From PVC group bacterium (GTDB lineage Bacteria > Auribacterota > Erginobacteria > Erginobacterales > Erginobacteraceae), in contig JAXGWO010000011.1 in assembly GCA_040773245.1 (NCBI GenBank), positions 9,227 to 73,226 on the forward strand: 64,000 nt of DNA, given 5' to 3'. The notes under the pieces are model-generated. The model was not told the DNA's origin. It ran no database searches and worked only from the letters and a program-made list of their open reading frames with translations. Made by a program: the position numbers and the translations under genes. This document shows positions 9,762 through 18,599 of the stretch, in pieces (within the stretch, counting starts at the first letter, position 1; every line of letters begins with the position of its first letter).

Positions 9762-11507
9762 CTATTTGCCCGGGCCGGCCGGCTTGGCGTAGCTGACGGG
9801 CCCCTGCTCGTAGCCGACCTGCTTCAGCCACCAGGCGGGGTAGAAGACCTCCTGGGCCAGGCCTTCCCGGGTGTTCAGGTAGCCGTCGTTGTACTTGTAG
9901 TAGAGCTTGTTGGCCAGTTCCCACCACGCCTCCAGGACGGCGGCGGCGTTCTCTTCGCCGTACCTGGTCAAAAACTCGCGCGCCCCGGCCTGGTCGCCGC
10001 CCTTCCACATCTCCAGAGCCCGGCCTTCCCGATCGGCCTGGGAGCCGAAGGCGGCGGCCTCGAAGCGGTCGCGGACCTGGCGGATGTCCTTGATCATATA
10101 GGAGTACTTGAGCATCGCGTAGTTGGCGACGAAGTTGAAGGCGGTCCACATACTCCCGCGGCTGAACTTGAAGATGTCGGCGGTCTGGACGGAGTCGGGC
10201 AGGGAGGTGGCCCCGGCGTAGAGCGGCATCAGCACGGCGGTGGCCGGGCGGTCGGGACCATACCAGGTCAGGCCGCCGATGGGGGCGGGAAGCCAGGACC
10301 GGGACTGGTTGACGTAGGCGTAAACGCAGCGGTAGATGTTGAGCGGGCGCTCGAAGGCCCCCTCGAGCGGTGAGACCTTGCCCTCCTGGTCGGCCACCGC
10401 CTCGGCCTGCCCCTCGAAGCGGTTGGGACAGCCGAAGGGCCCGGCGGCCAGCCCCACCGTCAGGTCGAACTCGGTGCCCTCGTAGTTGTCGCGGTGAATG
10501 GCGAAGATGTCGGCGGGGGTCAGTTTCTGGTCCGGCTTGATGCTGAACGGGTAGGTCCGGGTGTAGGGGCCCTCGACCCAGGCGGGGAGGTTGAGGGAGG
10601 GGGCGACCAGCGACTGCGCCCGCCAGACCCGCCGCAGCGAGTAGTAGGGATGGTGAAACTCGCCGTTGCCGTACACCGAGGTCCAGTCCAGGGGGCCGTC
10701 CTGGGGCTTCCACCAGCCCTTCTCCTCGGCGACCCGGAAGATGTTCTCCGAGTACATCATATCGGCGGCGTTCTCGCGGACCTCGCGGATGCGGAACTGG
10801 TTGGCAGCGGCGAAGAACCCGTCGTCGGGGACGCGCTGGGCCGCCCAGACGCCGTCGGTGCCGTCCAGGTCATACCCGCACATCTCCATCACCCACCCCT
10901 CCTCGGGGTCGGCCACCAGCAGGGTCTCGCCGGTCCCGTAATAACCGTACCTGGCGATCAGGTCCCCCATCAGCCGGATGGCCTCGCGGGCGGTCCGGCA
11001 CCGCTCCAGGGCCACCCGGGAGAGTTCGGCGGAGTAGAAGATCCGTTTGCCCGGCGCCGGTTCCGGGTGAACCTTGGCCAGGTCGGTGCACTCGCCGATC
11101 GAGAGCTGGTGCTCGTTGATGATGCCGTAGTTGGCGTCGAAGTAAGCGTAGGTGTGCTCGACCTGGGGGATGGAGCCCAGCGGTATGCTGGGGGGATCAC
11201 CCGCGGTATCGTAGCCGGGGGCGAGGTTCTTGGTCACCAGGCGGTGGCCCTCGGTGGCGCCCCACTCCGGCTTGAAGCCCAGGGCGCAGTGCGAATAGAA
11301 GACCGGCCTCAGGCTCCCGGGTTTGTGATCTGCGGCCGGGACGTAGATGATCCGGCCGTCGCCCAACCCGTCATCGGAGTGCGAGACCATCACCGACCCG
11401 TCGGCGGACGCCTCCTTGCCGACCAGAGTGGTGGTGCAGGCCGGCAGGTTAACCGCCCAACCGGCGAATACCAACAGCAGCCCCATTAACGCGCATAATT
11501 TTTTCAT
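9762..11507 (-). CDS. peptidase C69 family dipeptidase (Ntn-hydrolase, N-terminal Cys nucleophile after signal peptide)
   Basis: Real start is ATG 11507, preceded by GGAGGGGAAG. 'MKKLCALMGLLLVFAGWAVNLPA|CTTTLVGKEAS' gives a signal peptide followed directly by the Cys nucleophile typical of C69. The track's extension to 11783 is the duplicated kinase fragment, not part of this gene. Confidence 0.85.
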   Translation of the reverse strand: MKKLCALMGLLLVFAGWAVNLPACTTTLVGKEASADGSVMVSHSDDGLGDGRIIYVPAADHKPGSLRPVFYSHCALGFKPEWGATEGHRLVTKNLAPGYDTAGDPPSIPLGSIPQVEHTYAYFDANYGIINEHQLSIGECTDLAKVHPEPAPGKRIFYSAELSRVALERCRTAREAIRLMGDLIARYGYYGTGETLLVADPEEGWVMEMCGYDLDGTDGVWAAQRVPDDGFFAAANQFRIREVRENAADMMYSENIFRVAEEKGWWKPQDGPLDWTSVYGNGEFHHPYYSLRRVWRAQSLVAPSLNLPAWVEGPYTRTYPFSIKPDQKLTPADIFAIHRDNYEGTEFDLTVGLAAGPFGCPNRFEGQAEAVADQEGKVSPLEGAFERPLNIYRCVYAYVNQSRSWLPAPIGGLTWYGPDRPATAVLMPLYAGATSLPDSVQTADIFKFSRGSMWTAFNFVANYAMLKYSYMIKDIRQVRDRFEAAAFGSQADREGRALEMWKGGDQAGAREFLTRYGEENAAAVLEAWWELANKLYYKYNDGYLNTREGLAQEVFYPAWWLKQVGYEQGPVSYAKPAGPGK

Positions 11508-11616
11508 CTTCCCCTCCATATGTTTTGCGATTGAAGTTGTGCTTGATATTCCCCCTGCGACTTCCCGAGCAATATCTACGCCATATCCCGTTTTCCCGCA
11601 AGGGACTTTTGATTCG

Positions 11617-11790
11617 GAGTAAGTCTCGGCGAGCGCCAGCAAATTTGTAGATCGACGGTCGATCTCGGCAGAGATGCCGCGAGCTACCTTTTCCGCTTGG
11701 GCGTGAAATTCGCTCTCCGCGGCAGTTTTCAGGAATACCTTGAACAGGAGAAAGGCGGCAAGGATAGGTATGACCACAATCAAAAAGAAA
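11617..11790 (-). pseudogene. orphan fragment (~58 codons) duplicating the 5' coding end of the sensor kinase gene 16821..18599
   Basis: About 90% nucleotide identity to 18392..18564 over ~175 bp in the same orientation. Encodes 'LIVVIPILAAFLLFKVFLKTAAESEFHAQAEKVARGISAEIDRRSTNLLALA', which is nearly identical to kinase residues 14-70. No kinase body follows the fragment. Confidence 0.6.
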
Positions 11791-11820
11791 GGGCGGCCCC
11801 CCGAAACCGGGTGGCCGCCC
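11781..11820 (-). terminator. Rho-independent terminator after the DUF47/PiT operon
   Basis: Minus-strand RNA would form GGGCGGCC-ACCCGGUUUCGGGG-GGCCGCCC followed by UUUCUUUUU. Sits ~80 nt after the stop of the DUF47 gene at 11903. Confidence 0.55.
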
Positions 11821-11902
11821 TTTCACTGCCCGAAGAAGCTGGATGTTCAGAAGAGCAGTCGATGCCGAATCCGAACCCGACATTATTCTTGATCCCGCCG
11901 GG

Positions 11903-12532
11903 TTACTCCAGCTTCACGATGATATCCAGCAACAGATCGGCCGCCTGATTGAGGTGGTTTGATGAACGGGTCAGGTGCCGGAAGATCTCCCTCATTTTGA
12001 AAATATGGCCGGCCGGAACGTCGGAAGCATTGAAAAGCTTGACCGTGGCTTCTAAATAAACGTGGTGCATATGGTTTTCGGTCCGCTTGGCATTGATGGC
12101 GTGTTCGCGGGCAACCCCGGGATACTTATGCAGATTCTGAAAGGCCTCGCAGAGTTCCAGCGTACCCCGTTTCATAATTTCCGACACCACCACCAGATCG
12201 GGGGTCGGATCGACCTGGAAGGCGATCATCTCCTCGATGGTTTTCTTGGCGTCGTCGAGGACGTTGTCTATCTCCCGGGATAGGCAGTAAATGTCCTCCC
12301 GGTCCAGGGGGGTGATCAGGGTGCGGTTCAGCTGATCGATCAGGATCCGGCGCTGATCGTCGCCCACCCGTTCAAGCCGCAGGATCTCGTCGGCCAGATC
12401 GTTGCGGTCTCCCTGCCCCTTCATAAACCGGGTGAGGATCTGGTAAACGTCGTAAACCAGGGACGAGTGCTTGGCGAGGTTGTCGAAGAAGTCGATGCGT
12501 GAACGCTTGAAGATGGAACGCAGAAATTTCAT
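11903..12532 (-). CDS. DUF47-family protein (PhoU-like putative phosphate-transport regulator, PiT partner)
   Basis: 209 aa helical protein. Lies immediately downstream of a PiT gene (19-nt gap), which is the conserved DUF47-PiT pairing. Confidence 0.8.
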   Translation of the reverse strand: MKFLRSIFKRSRIDFFDNLAKHSSLVYDVYQILTRFMKGQGDRNDLADEILRLERVGDDQRRILIDQLNRTLITPLDREDIYCLSREIDNVLDDAKKTIEEMIAFQVDPTPDLVVVSEIMKRGTLELCEAFQNLHKYPGVAREHAINAKRTENHMHHVYLEATVKLFNASDVPAGHIFKMREIFRHLTRSSNHLNQAADLLLDIIVKLE

Positions 12533-12550
12533 CAGTTTTTCCTCCCGGTA

Positions 12551-13552
12551 TTAAACAACAGATTTTAGTCCCCAGAATATTGCCAGGCTTATCAAGCCGG
12601 CCAGGGGTATGGTTAGAAGCCAGCTCCAGAAAATAATCCGTGCGATGTTCCACCGCACCCCCTTGGCCCGGATCCCGGCACCGACACCCATCACGCTGGA
12701 GCTGATGATCTGGGTGGTGCTGACCGGCGCCCCGATCAGATTGCAGACGAGGAGAAGGCTGGTAGAGCTGAGCTGAGATTCCAGGGAGTGCAATGGGCGA
12801 ACCCTGAAGATGCCGTACCCCACCGTTTTGATGATCTTTTTTCCTCCCATCACCACCCCGCCGGCCATGGCCAGAATGCTGACGCTCTTGACCCAGAAAG
12901 GTATGTCCATCTCGGGGTTGCGTCCCGCCACGAAAAGAAGCAACGCGATTATCCCCATTGCCTTCTGGCTGTCGTTGGTTCCGTGGTTCATGCCCAGGAA
13001 AACCAGGGTGGCCAGGTGCGCTTTCCTGATGGAGCGATTGGCTCGGCGGGTGGCTCCCGATAGGATTACGCGGGTGATAAGACAGATCAAGTAGCCGGCC
13101 GCCAGGCCGGCCAGGGGGGAAAGGAACATCACCAGGACGACCTTGAGCAAAAATATGTTCCAGGGCACAACGGAAAGGCCGTAGCGATAGAGGGCCGGGC
13201 CGATCAGGCCGCCTACCAGGGTCAGAGACGAGCTGGTCGGAAGTTTGAGCTGCCAGGCCAGGACGTTCCAGACCAGTGCTCCCAGGATTCCGCTGGTCAG
13301 AAGGAGGATGGTCTCCTCCCCTCCCCGGAGAATCTCCGGATTGAGGATATTCCGCGAAACCGTGGCGGCGACCTTGGTTCCGAAAAGATAAGGACCGATC
13401 AACTCGGCAGCGGCAACGATCAGGAGGGTCCACCCTCGGGATAGCGAACCCGAGGCCACGGATGTGGCGCCGACGTTGGCCCCGTCCTTCATCCCGTTGG
13501 TGACGGCGAAGATAAGGACCGAGGCAATCCCCAATATCAGCAGGTGCGACAT
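12551..13552 (-). CDS. pit: inorganic phosphate transporter, PiT (PHO4) family
   Basis: 333 aa polytopic protein. Duplicated halves carry the PiT signature 'GxNDxxN': 'GMNHGTNDSQKAMGII' and 'NGMKDGANVGATSVA'. Confidence 0.9.
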   Translation of the reverse strand: MSHLLILGIASVLIFAVTNGMKDGANVGATSVASGSLSRGWTLLIVAAAELIGPYLFGTKVAATVSRNILNPEILRGGEETILLLTSGILGALVWNVLAWQLKLPTSSSLTLVGGLIGPALYRYGLSVVPWNIFLLKVVLVMFLSPLAGLAAGYLICLITRVILSGATRRANRSIRKAHLATLVFLGMNHGTNDSQKAMGIIALLLFVAGRNPEMDIPFWVKSVSILAMAGGVVMGGKKIIKTVGYGIFRVRPLHSLESQLSSTSLLLVCNLIGAPVSTTQIISSSVMGVGAGIRAKGVRWNIARIIFWSWLLTIPLAGLISLAIFWGLKSVV

Positions 13553-13581
13553 ATTTTATTCCGGACGATGGGTTTGTTGGC

Positions 13582-14571
13582 TCAGCGCATAAGGCTGGCT
13601 ACGGCCCACGCGCTGCCGGCGGCTACCACTGGGGTGGCTATCCAGCCGGTCACAATCATAACCAGAGCTTTTCGGTTGAGCGTTTTGGTGCCGTGGATCA
13701 GCCCGACCCCCATTACCGCGCCTACCACCGCGTGGGTGGAAGAGACCGGGATATTGACCTGGGTGAATAAATGGAGGGTGATGGAGTGGACCAGGACCAC
13801 CACCAGGGCCGAGAAAGCGCTCAAGGGGGTGATTTTCTTGCCGATAGTGGTCATAACCTTGCCCCCATAGGTGAGCGCGCCCAGGGCGATACTTGCTCCC
13901 CCGACGGCGGCCGCCCAGAAAGCCGCAGTCTTGCTTCCGATCAGGCCGAACATACCGGCGTCGTAATAGGCCACCGTTGTCACCACAACATTGTTCGCTC
14001 CCAGGGTGTAGGCGCCGTAGGAGCCGAAGACTATGAAAGCGATCTTGTAAATTCGCACACGTACAAGGTTGTTGGTCACCAGCCGATCCATCAGATATCC
14101 CAGTACTTTGAACAGCACGAGGCAGAGGAGAAGTCCGACCACGGGACTGACTACCCAGCCGATCATCATCCGGAAAAATTTCGCCCACTCCACCGCCTGG
14201 ACTCCGGCGGTGGCGATCGCCACTCCCATATAGGCTCCGATTGCCGCCTGGGTGGTCGAGGTCGGGAGGGAGAGATAAGTGACGATGTTGATGGTTATAG
14301 CGGCTGCCAGCACGGCGATCAGCGCCAGGGTGGGATCGCACTTCGCCGAGAACGTGGCGCTTCCGGAGAGGAATATTTTCGGCCCTTCGACCAATGATCC
14401 GACGACGACGAAGACGGCGATCAGGATCACCGCCAGCCGATAGCGAACGGCACTCGTCGCCACCGCCGTGCCGAAAATGTTGGCGGCGTTGTTAGCGCCG
14501 ATCCCCCAACCCAGATAGAGACCGCCGGCAATCTTGTAGCCGCCTCCCGCGAATAGGCTTCGAAAAATCAT
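13582..14571 (-). CDS. pit: inorganic phosphate transporter, PiT family (second paralog)
   Basis: 'GANNAANIFGTAV' and 'GANNVVVTTVAYY' PiT signatures. Start set to ATG 14571 (MIFRSLFAGG), preceded by GAGAGGAG. The track start at 14610 is a further-upstream in-frame alternative. Confidence 0.9.
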   Translation of the reverse strand: MIFRSLFAGGGYKIAGGLYLGWGIGANNAANIFGTAVATSAVRYRLAVILIAVFVVVGSLVEGPKIFLSGSATFSAKCDPTLALIAVLAAAITINIVTYLSLPTSTTQAAIGAYMGVAIATAGVQAVEWAKFFRMMIGWVVSPVVGLLLCLVLFKVLGYLMDRLVTNNLVRVRIYKIAFIVFGSYGAYTLGANNVVVTTVAYYDAGMFGLIGSKTAAFWAAAVGGASIALGALTYGGKVMTTIGKKITPLSAFSALVVVLVHSITLHLFTQVNIPVSSTHAVVGAVMGVGLIHGTKTLNRKALVMIVTGWIATPVVAAGSAWAVASLMR

Positions 14572-14596
14572 CCGAATATCTCCTCTCGCGGGATGG

Positions 14597-15160
14597 TTAG
14601 ATCTTGGCAACGGCGATCAGCTTCTTCAGGGCCAGGTCGATCTCGAACAGGCGATCGCTGAGAATTTCCCAGGCTGAGCAGAGACCGGTTACCTCCATCG
14701 AGGGCCGGGCCAAAAACGAAAGTTGGGCAACGCTCTGCCGTAGTGAAACGATCAGCGGGAGCGAGGGGATCGCCTCGTGACAGGCTTTGTCCGAATTGTC
14801 CAGGAAACGATTCCAGGTGAGATTAAGGGACGATAACGCCGTTTCGGTATTGCGGAGACAATCACGGACCGATTCCAGGTGATCGGCGGGGAGATTGTTC
14901 AAATGCCTGTGCAATCGTTTCAGTTCCGCAACGAAGGAAAATATCCGCCCCGATATCTCAAGGTAGTTTGAACGGAAGAATGGCAGTCCTTCCCCCCCGG
15001 CGAAGAGGCTAAAGACCTTCTGGTAGAGTCCTGTGCTTTCTTCCTGCCAATCTTCTTGATTTTCCGGATCCGGATTTGGCTGAAAGGACCGGATTACCCG
15101 GGTGGCGATTTCAAACTGCTTTGACATCAGGGTAAAAACAACAGTATTGAACGATGGCAT
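14597..15160 (-). CDS. putative DUF47/PhoU-like regulator partner of the second PiT (assignment by position and fold-like composition only)
   Basis: 187 aa helical protein with AAAGGAG upstream of ATG 15160. It is the first gene after the sigma-54 promoter and overlaps the PiT start by ~14 nt. There is no strong motif match, so the family call is tentative. Confidence 0.45.
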   Translation of the reverse strand: MPSFNTVVFTLMSKQFEIATRVIRSFQPNPDPENQEDWQEESTGLYQKVFSLFAGGEGLPFFRSNYLEISGRIFSFVAELKRLHRHLNNLPADHLESVRDCLRNTETALSSLNLTWNRFLDNSDKACHEAIPSLPLIVSLRQSVAQLSFLARPSMEVTGLCSAWEILSDRLFEIDLALKKLIAVAKI

Positions 15161-15216
15161 AGCGGCTCCTTTTTATGATTGCCCACTTGATCTTGAAAAT
15201 AGCAGGATAATTAAGG

Positions 15217-15233
15217 AGCAAATCCTATGCCAG
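15217..15233 (-). promoter_or_regulatory. sigma-54 (-24/-12) promoter TGGCAT-N5-TTTGCT reading into the DUF47-PiT-DUF47-PiT operon
   Basis: Minus-strand sequence cTGGCATaggatTTGCTcc has a GG-N10-GC spacing that matches the RpoN consensus TGGCAC-N5-TTGCW. It sits ~60 nt upstream of ATG 15160 and beside an NtrC-family activator gene. Confidence 0.5.
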
Positions 15234-15288
15234 AATCTGAACGTAATCAGGGATATGCGGTAAAAGGCGGGGGAAATAATACATAGAT

Positions 15289-15450
15289 CTGCTTCAGAAT
15301 TACTTGAAGCAGAAAGGATTAGGGGGACAAGGGCCGAAAGCGCCTCGTCGGGAGAAAAACAGGAGAAGGAATATTGAGTCGAAGGGCTTATCCGCGCCAG
15401 AGGCCAGCAGATGCAATAAACTGCGCCCTCAAGTGCAAATAATTGCGCCC
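15289..15450. promoter_or_regulatory. candidate enhancer/UAS sites: perfect palindrome CTGCTTCA-N8-TGAAGCAG and tandem 17-bp direct repeats TGCAATAAACTGCGCCC / TGCAAATAATTGCGCCC
   Basis: Located 60-230 bp upstream of the sigma-54 promoter in a low-GC intergenic region. This geometry is typical of bacterial enhancer-binding-protein sites. Confidence 0.35.
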
Positions 15451-15493
15451 AACAGGCTTGTGGGTGGGGGGGTGATGCCGGTAGGGAGATTTA

Positions 15494-16849
15494 CTACGAT
15501 ATTTTGAAATCTTTCAAGCGGTATTGAAGCGTTCGCAGGCTGATCCCGAGCCGTTTGGCAGCCTGAACACGGTTTCCCCCTTCCTGGCGGAGCACGCCTT
15601 CAATCAGGGAACGCTCAAATTCTTTAACTTTATGCTGCAGAGAATCGAACCCGAGCACCAACGGAACCGGGTTACTCTTCCAACTGATCAATCGCGGAGG
15701 GAGCAGGTCGGCAGTGATCTCTTGGCCCTCAATCAGGGCCATAGCCCTTTCGATAACATTTTCCAGCTCCCGGATATTTCCCGGCCAGGGATAGGATTGC
15801 AGGATATTCAGGACAGGCTTCCCGATGGCCGGAACGGGCCTTTCCAGTTTCTCCGCCACCTTTTTTACAAAGTGCCGGGCGAGAAACGCGATATCCCCCC
15901 CCCGTTCTCTCAGCGGGGGGAGGGCGATCTCCACTACGTTCAGCCGCCAGAAGAGGTCTTCCCGGAATTCGCCTTCCTTGACCATTTCTTTTAAATCCCG
16001 GTTGGTGGAAGCGATGATCCGCACGTCAACTTTGACCGGCCGGTTGGATCCGACTCGCTCGAAGGTCTGCTCCTGAAGCACTCGCAGCAGTTTGACCTGG
16101 AGATCGGAGGGGAGGTCTCCAACTTCATCAAGAAAAATTGTACCCCCGTCAGCGCTCTCAAAGCGGCCGGGATGGTCGCGCACCGCCCCGGTAAAGGCCC
16201 CCTTTACGTGTCCGAAAAGCTCGCTTTCCAGGAGGGCCGCGGGGATGGTGGCACAGTGAAGGGTGACGAAAGGTTTATCCCGGCGGAGCCCGGAGTAATG
16301 GAGGGTCCTGGCCACCTGGTTTTTGCCCGTCCCTGATTCCCCGGTCAGCAGAACTGCGGCATCGGAGTCGCAGAGCTTGCGGATCAGAGAAAATACCGGA
16401 GCCATCGCCGGGCTATCCCCGATCAGGTTGTCGAATTGAGAGAGGGAGGAGACGTAGCTCTTCAAGGTCCGGTTTTCCGTCTGGAGAGAACGGTGTTCCC
16501 GTTCGCGGTTAAGGACCAGGAGGAGTTCATCCAGATTCACAGGTTTGATCAGGTAATGGTCCGCACCCGACTTCAAGGCGGCAACAGCGTCCTCAACCGT
16601 CCCGTAGGCGGTTAGGATAATGATGGTCGAATCGGGATGAGATGCTCGCAGCCTCGGGATGAGCTCAAGACCATTGCCGTCAGGGAGGCGGACATCGACC
16701 AGGTAAATATCGTGGGCCATCCCGGCGGCGATCCCGTTCGCCTCGGCCAGAGTATAGGCGCATTCGGTTTCATAGTTTTTCCCCTCGAGGAATTGGGCCA
16801 GGCTCTCCGCGGCGATGCGCTCATCTTCGATGATCAACAACCTGTTCAT
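15494..16849 (-). CDS. sigma-54-dependent response regulator, NtrC family (REC + AAA+ + Fis-type HTH)
   Basis: REC domain 'LLIIEDE...[12 protein letters not shown]'. Walker A '[10 protein letters not shown]'. The sigma-54 contact motif 'GAFTGA' is present in '[10 protein letters not shown]'. 'ESELFGH'. C-terminal HTH '[21 protein letters not shown]'. Confidence 0.9.
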   Translation of the reverse strand: MNRLLIIEDERIAAESLAQFLEGKNYETECAYTLAEANGIAAGMAHDIYLVDVRLPDGNGLELIPRLRASHPDSTIIILTAYGTVEDAVAALKSGADHYLIKPVNLDELLLVLNREREHRSLQTENRTLKSYVSSLSQFDNLIGDSPAMAPVFSLIRKLCDSDAAVLLTGESGTGKNQVARTLHYSGLRRDKPFVTLHCATIPAALLESELFGHVKGAFTGAVRDHPGRFESADGGTIFLDEVGDLPSDLQVKLLRVLQEQTFERVGSNRPVKVDVRIIASTNRDLKEMVKEGEFREDLFWRLNVVEIALPPLRERGGDIAFLARHFVKKVAEKLERPVPAIGKPVLNILQSYPWPGNIRELENVIERAMALIEGQEITADLLPPRLISWKSNPVPLVLGFDSLQHKVKEFERSLIEGVLRQEGGNRVQAAKRLGISLRTLQYRLKDFKIS

Positions 16850-18599
16850 TTGTTCTCTCCGTTTCTCTATAGGGAAAAGAGATCCTCACTTCGGTGCCGA
16901 TCCCGGGCTCAGAATCGAGGTCGAACTCTCCGTGATGTGCCTGCACCACTCTGAGTACATAAGCCAGTCCGCAGCCGGTTCCATCGGGCTTGGTGGTGAA
17001 AGGAAAATCAAAGATCCGTTGCTTCTCCTCCGGGGAGATGCCTCCGCCGGTATCCCTGATGATCACCGTTTGTTTGTCCGCGGTCTCTTCATTGCTGACG
17101 CTGAGAATACCGCCCGGTTTCATCGACTGGCAGGCATTAAGGATGATGTTGAGGATAACCTGGTGGAAGCGATTGGGGTCCACCTCGACCGGGGAAAGGT
17201 CGCGGAGGTTGGTTTGTAGCCGGATTCCCAGGAGTTCGATCTGCGGTTTGGCCAGATCCAAAATCGCCCGGAGCTCGCTGGCGAGATCGAGCGGTTTTCT
17301 GCTCAGGGTAATTTGTCCTCCCGCCTGGACGAAGTCCGTTACCGTTTGCTTCAGCCGGCTGACCTCGGAGCAGAGGCGTGCGATCTTTTGTCCCGCCGGT
17401 TTGCCGGCGGCCTGGAGATCGTCGGTAAGCAGGCGGAGGTTGATCTCGATAGAATTGAGCGGATTGCGGATTTCGTGGGCCAGTTCGGCGGTGAACTTTC
17501 CCAGAACGGCCATCTTGCCGGCGAACAGAAGCTGTTGCTGAGTTCGGGCCACCTTCTCCCGATACTTCCGGAGTTTCCCCAGCATATTCCGGAAATGACC
17601 GGCCAGTTCTTGGAACTCAACCCAGGAGAAATCTGGGATCCTCACCCGGAGATCTCCTCCGGATACCTGGTCCATCACCGGCAGCATCTGTTTAAGGGGA
17701 GAGGAAAAATTCCGGCTCAGGAACAGGGCGAGCAGCACCGCCAACAACAGCGAGATCACGAAAGTCACCGTCAGGGTCAGCCGGTTCAACTGGAGCGACC
17801 GCATAATCGCCCTGGTACCCTGCCAGACGAGCAGACCGCCGAAAGACTGTCCGGTGGAGTGAAAGATCGGGATGTAAGAACCCCAGGATTCGTCCCCTGC
17901 GTCCAAAAAGGAAACGCTGTTTTCCCCCACGTCCCCGGTCACCGGGAAGGCAAGCCTCCCCGGCGACCAGCCGGGAGGTTCCCGGCTGGTGGTGGCAATC
18001 AGGGATTCCCCTCCGAAGAGGGCTATGTCAAAACCGGTGATGGTCTTATAGGTTTCAAAGAAGGTATTATCCAGCAGGACCCCGGTCATTATTGTCCCGA
18101 TAATGTTCTTTCGGGCGGAGGTGACGGGCGAAACAGCCCGCAGGGCGATTCCGGACGCCCCCTGCTCTATATCCGCTCCCGGCAAACCGCGAAGGGCATT
18201 TTGAATAATCACTTGCCCTGATTTGTCCTCACCCCATTCACCCGGCCGATGAGCGCGGGAAAGCACGATCCCTTGCCGGTTGCCACCCTCCAACAGGTCG
18301 AGCTCTGAATATGGCAGGAGATCGGCCAACCGGTCTTCCAAAAGCTCCCGGTTCCCTTCTTCCAGCGCGGAAATAATTTGGGGGTTGCGAGCGTAAGTCC
18401 CGGCGAGCGCCAGCAAATTTGTAGATCGCCGGTCGATCTCAGCGGAGATGCCGCGGGCGACCTTTTCCGCTTGAGCGTGAAATTCGCTCTCCGCGGTAGT
18501 TTTCAGGAAGACCTTGAACAGAAGAAAAGCGGCAAGGATAGGTATGACCACGATCAAAAGGAAACTGAGGTATAAACTGTGCTGATAACGCAAGCGCAT
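16821..18599 (-). CDS. sensor histidine kinase with periplasmic Cache-like domain, HAMP, HisKA, HATPase_c
   Basis: 592 aa with two TM segments flanking a ~270-aa extracytoplasmic domain. H-box 'FTAELAHEIRNPLNSI'. N/G boxes 'ILNACQSM', 'IRDTGGGI' and 'GCGLAYV'. Overlaps the NtrC-like gene by 29 nt. Confidence 0.9.
   Translation of the reverse strand: MRLRYQHSLYLSFLLIVVIPILAAFLLFKVFLKTTAESEFHAQAEKVARGISAEIDRRSTNLLALAGTYARNPQIISALEEGNRELLEDRLADLLPYSELDLLEGGNRQGIVLSRAHRPGEWGEDKSGQVIIQNALRGLPGADIEQGASGIALRAVSPVTSARKNIIGTIMTGVLLDNTFFETYKTITGFDIALFGGESLIATTSREPPGWSPGRLAFPVTGDVGENSVSFLDAGDESWGSYIPIFHSTGQSFGGLLVWQGTRAIMRSLQLNRLTLTVTFVISLLLAVLLALFLSRNFSSPLKQMLPVMDQVSGGDLRVRIPDFSWVEFQELAGHFRNMLGKLRKYREKVARTQQQLLFAGKMAVLGKFTAELAHEIRNPLNSIEINLRLLTDDLQAAGKPAGQKIARLCSEVSRLKQTVTDFVQAGGQITLSRKPLDLASELRAILDLAKPQIELLGIRLQTNLRDLSPVEVDPNRFHQVILNIILNACQSMKPGGILSVSNEETADKQTVIIRDTGGGISPEEKQRIFDFPFTTKPDGTGCGLAYVLRVVQAHHGEFDLDSEPGIGTEVRISFPYRETERTNEQVVDHRR

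Noticed and set aside
8433-10713. ORFs 8433..9695(-), 9712..10713(-), 9759..10373(+), 10494..11489(+)
   Set aside because: Antisense or off-frame relative to the porin and C69 peptidase genes. Repetitive Gly/Pro/Arg translations.
11508-11783. N-terminal extension of the C69 peptidase ORF (MIVVIPILAAF...)
   Set aside because: This is the duplicated kinase fragment fused in frame by chance. The genuine peptidase start, with SD and signal peptide, is at 11507.
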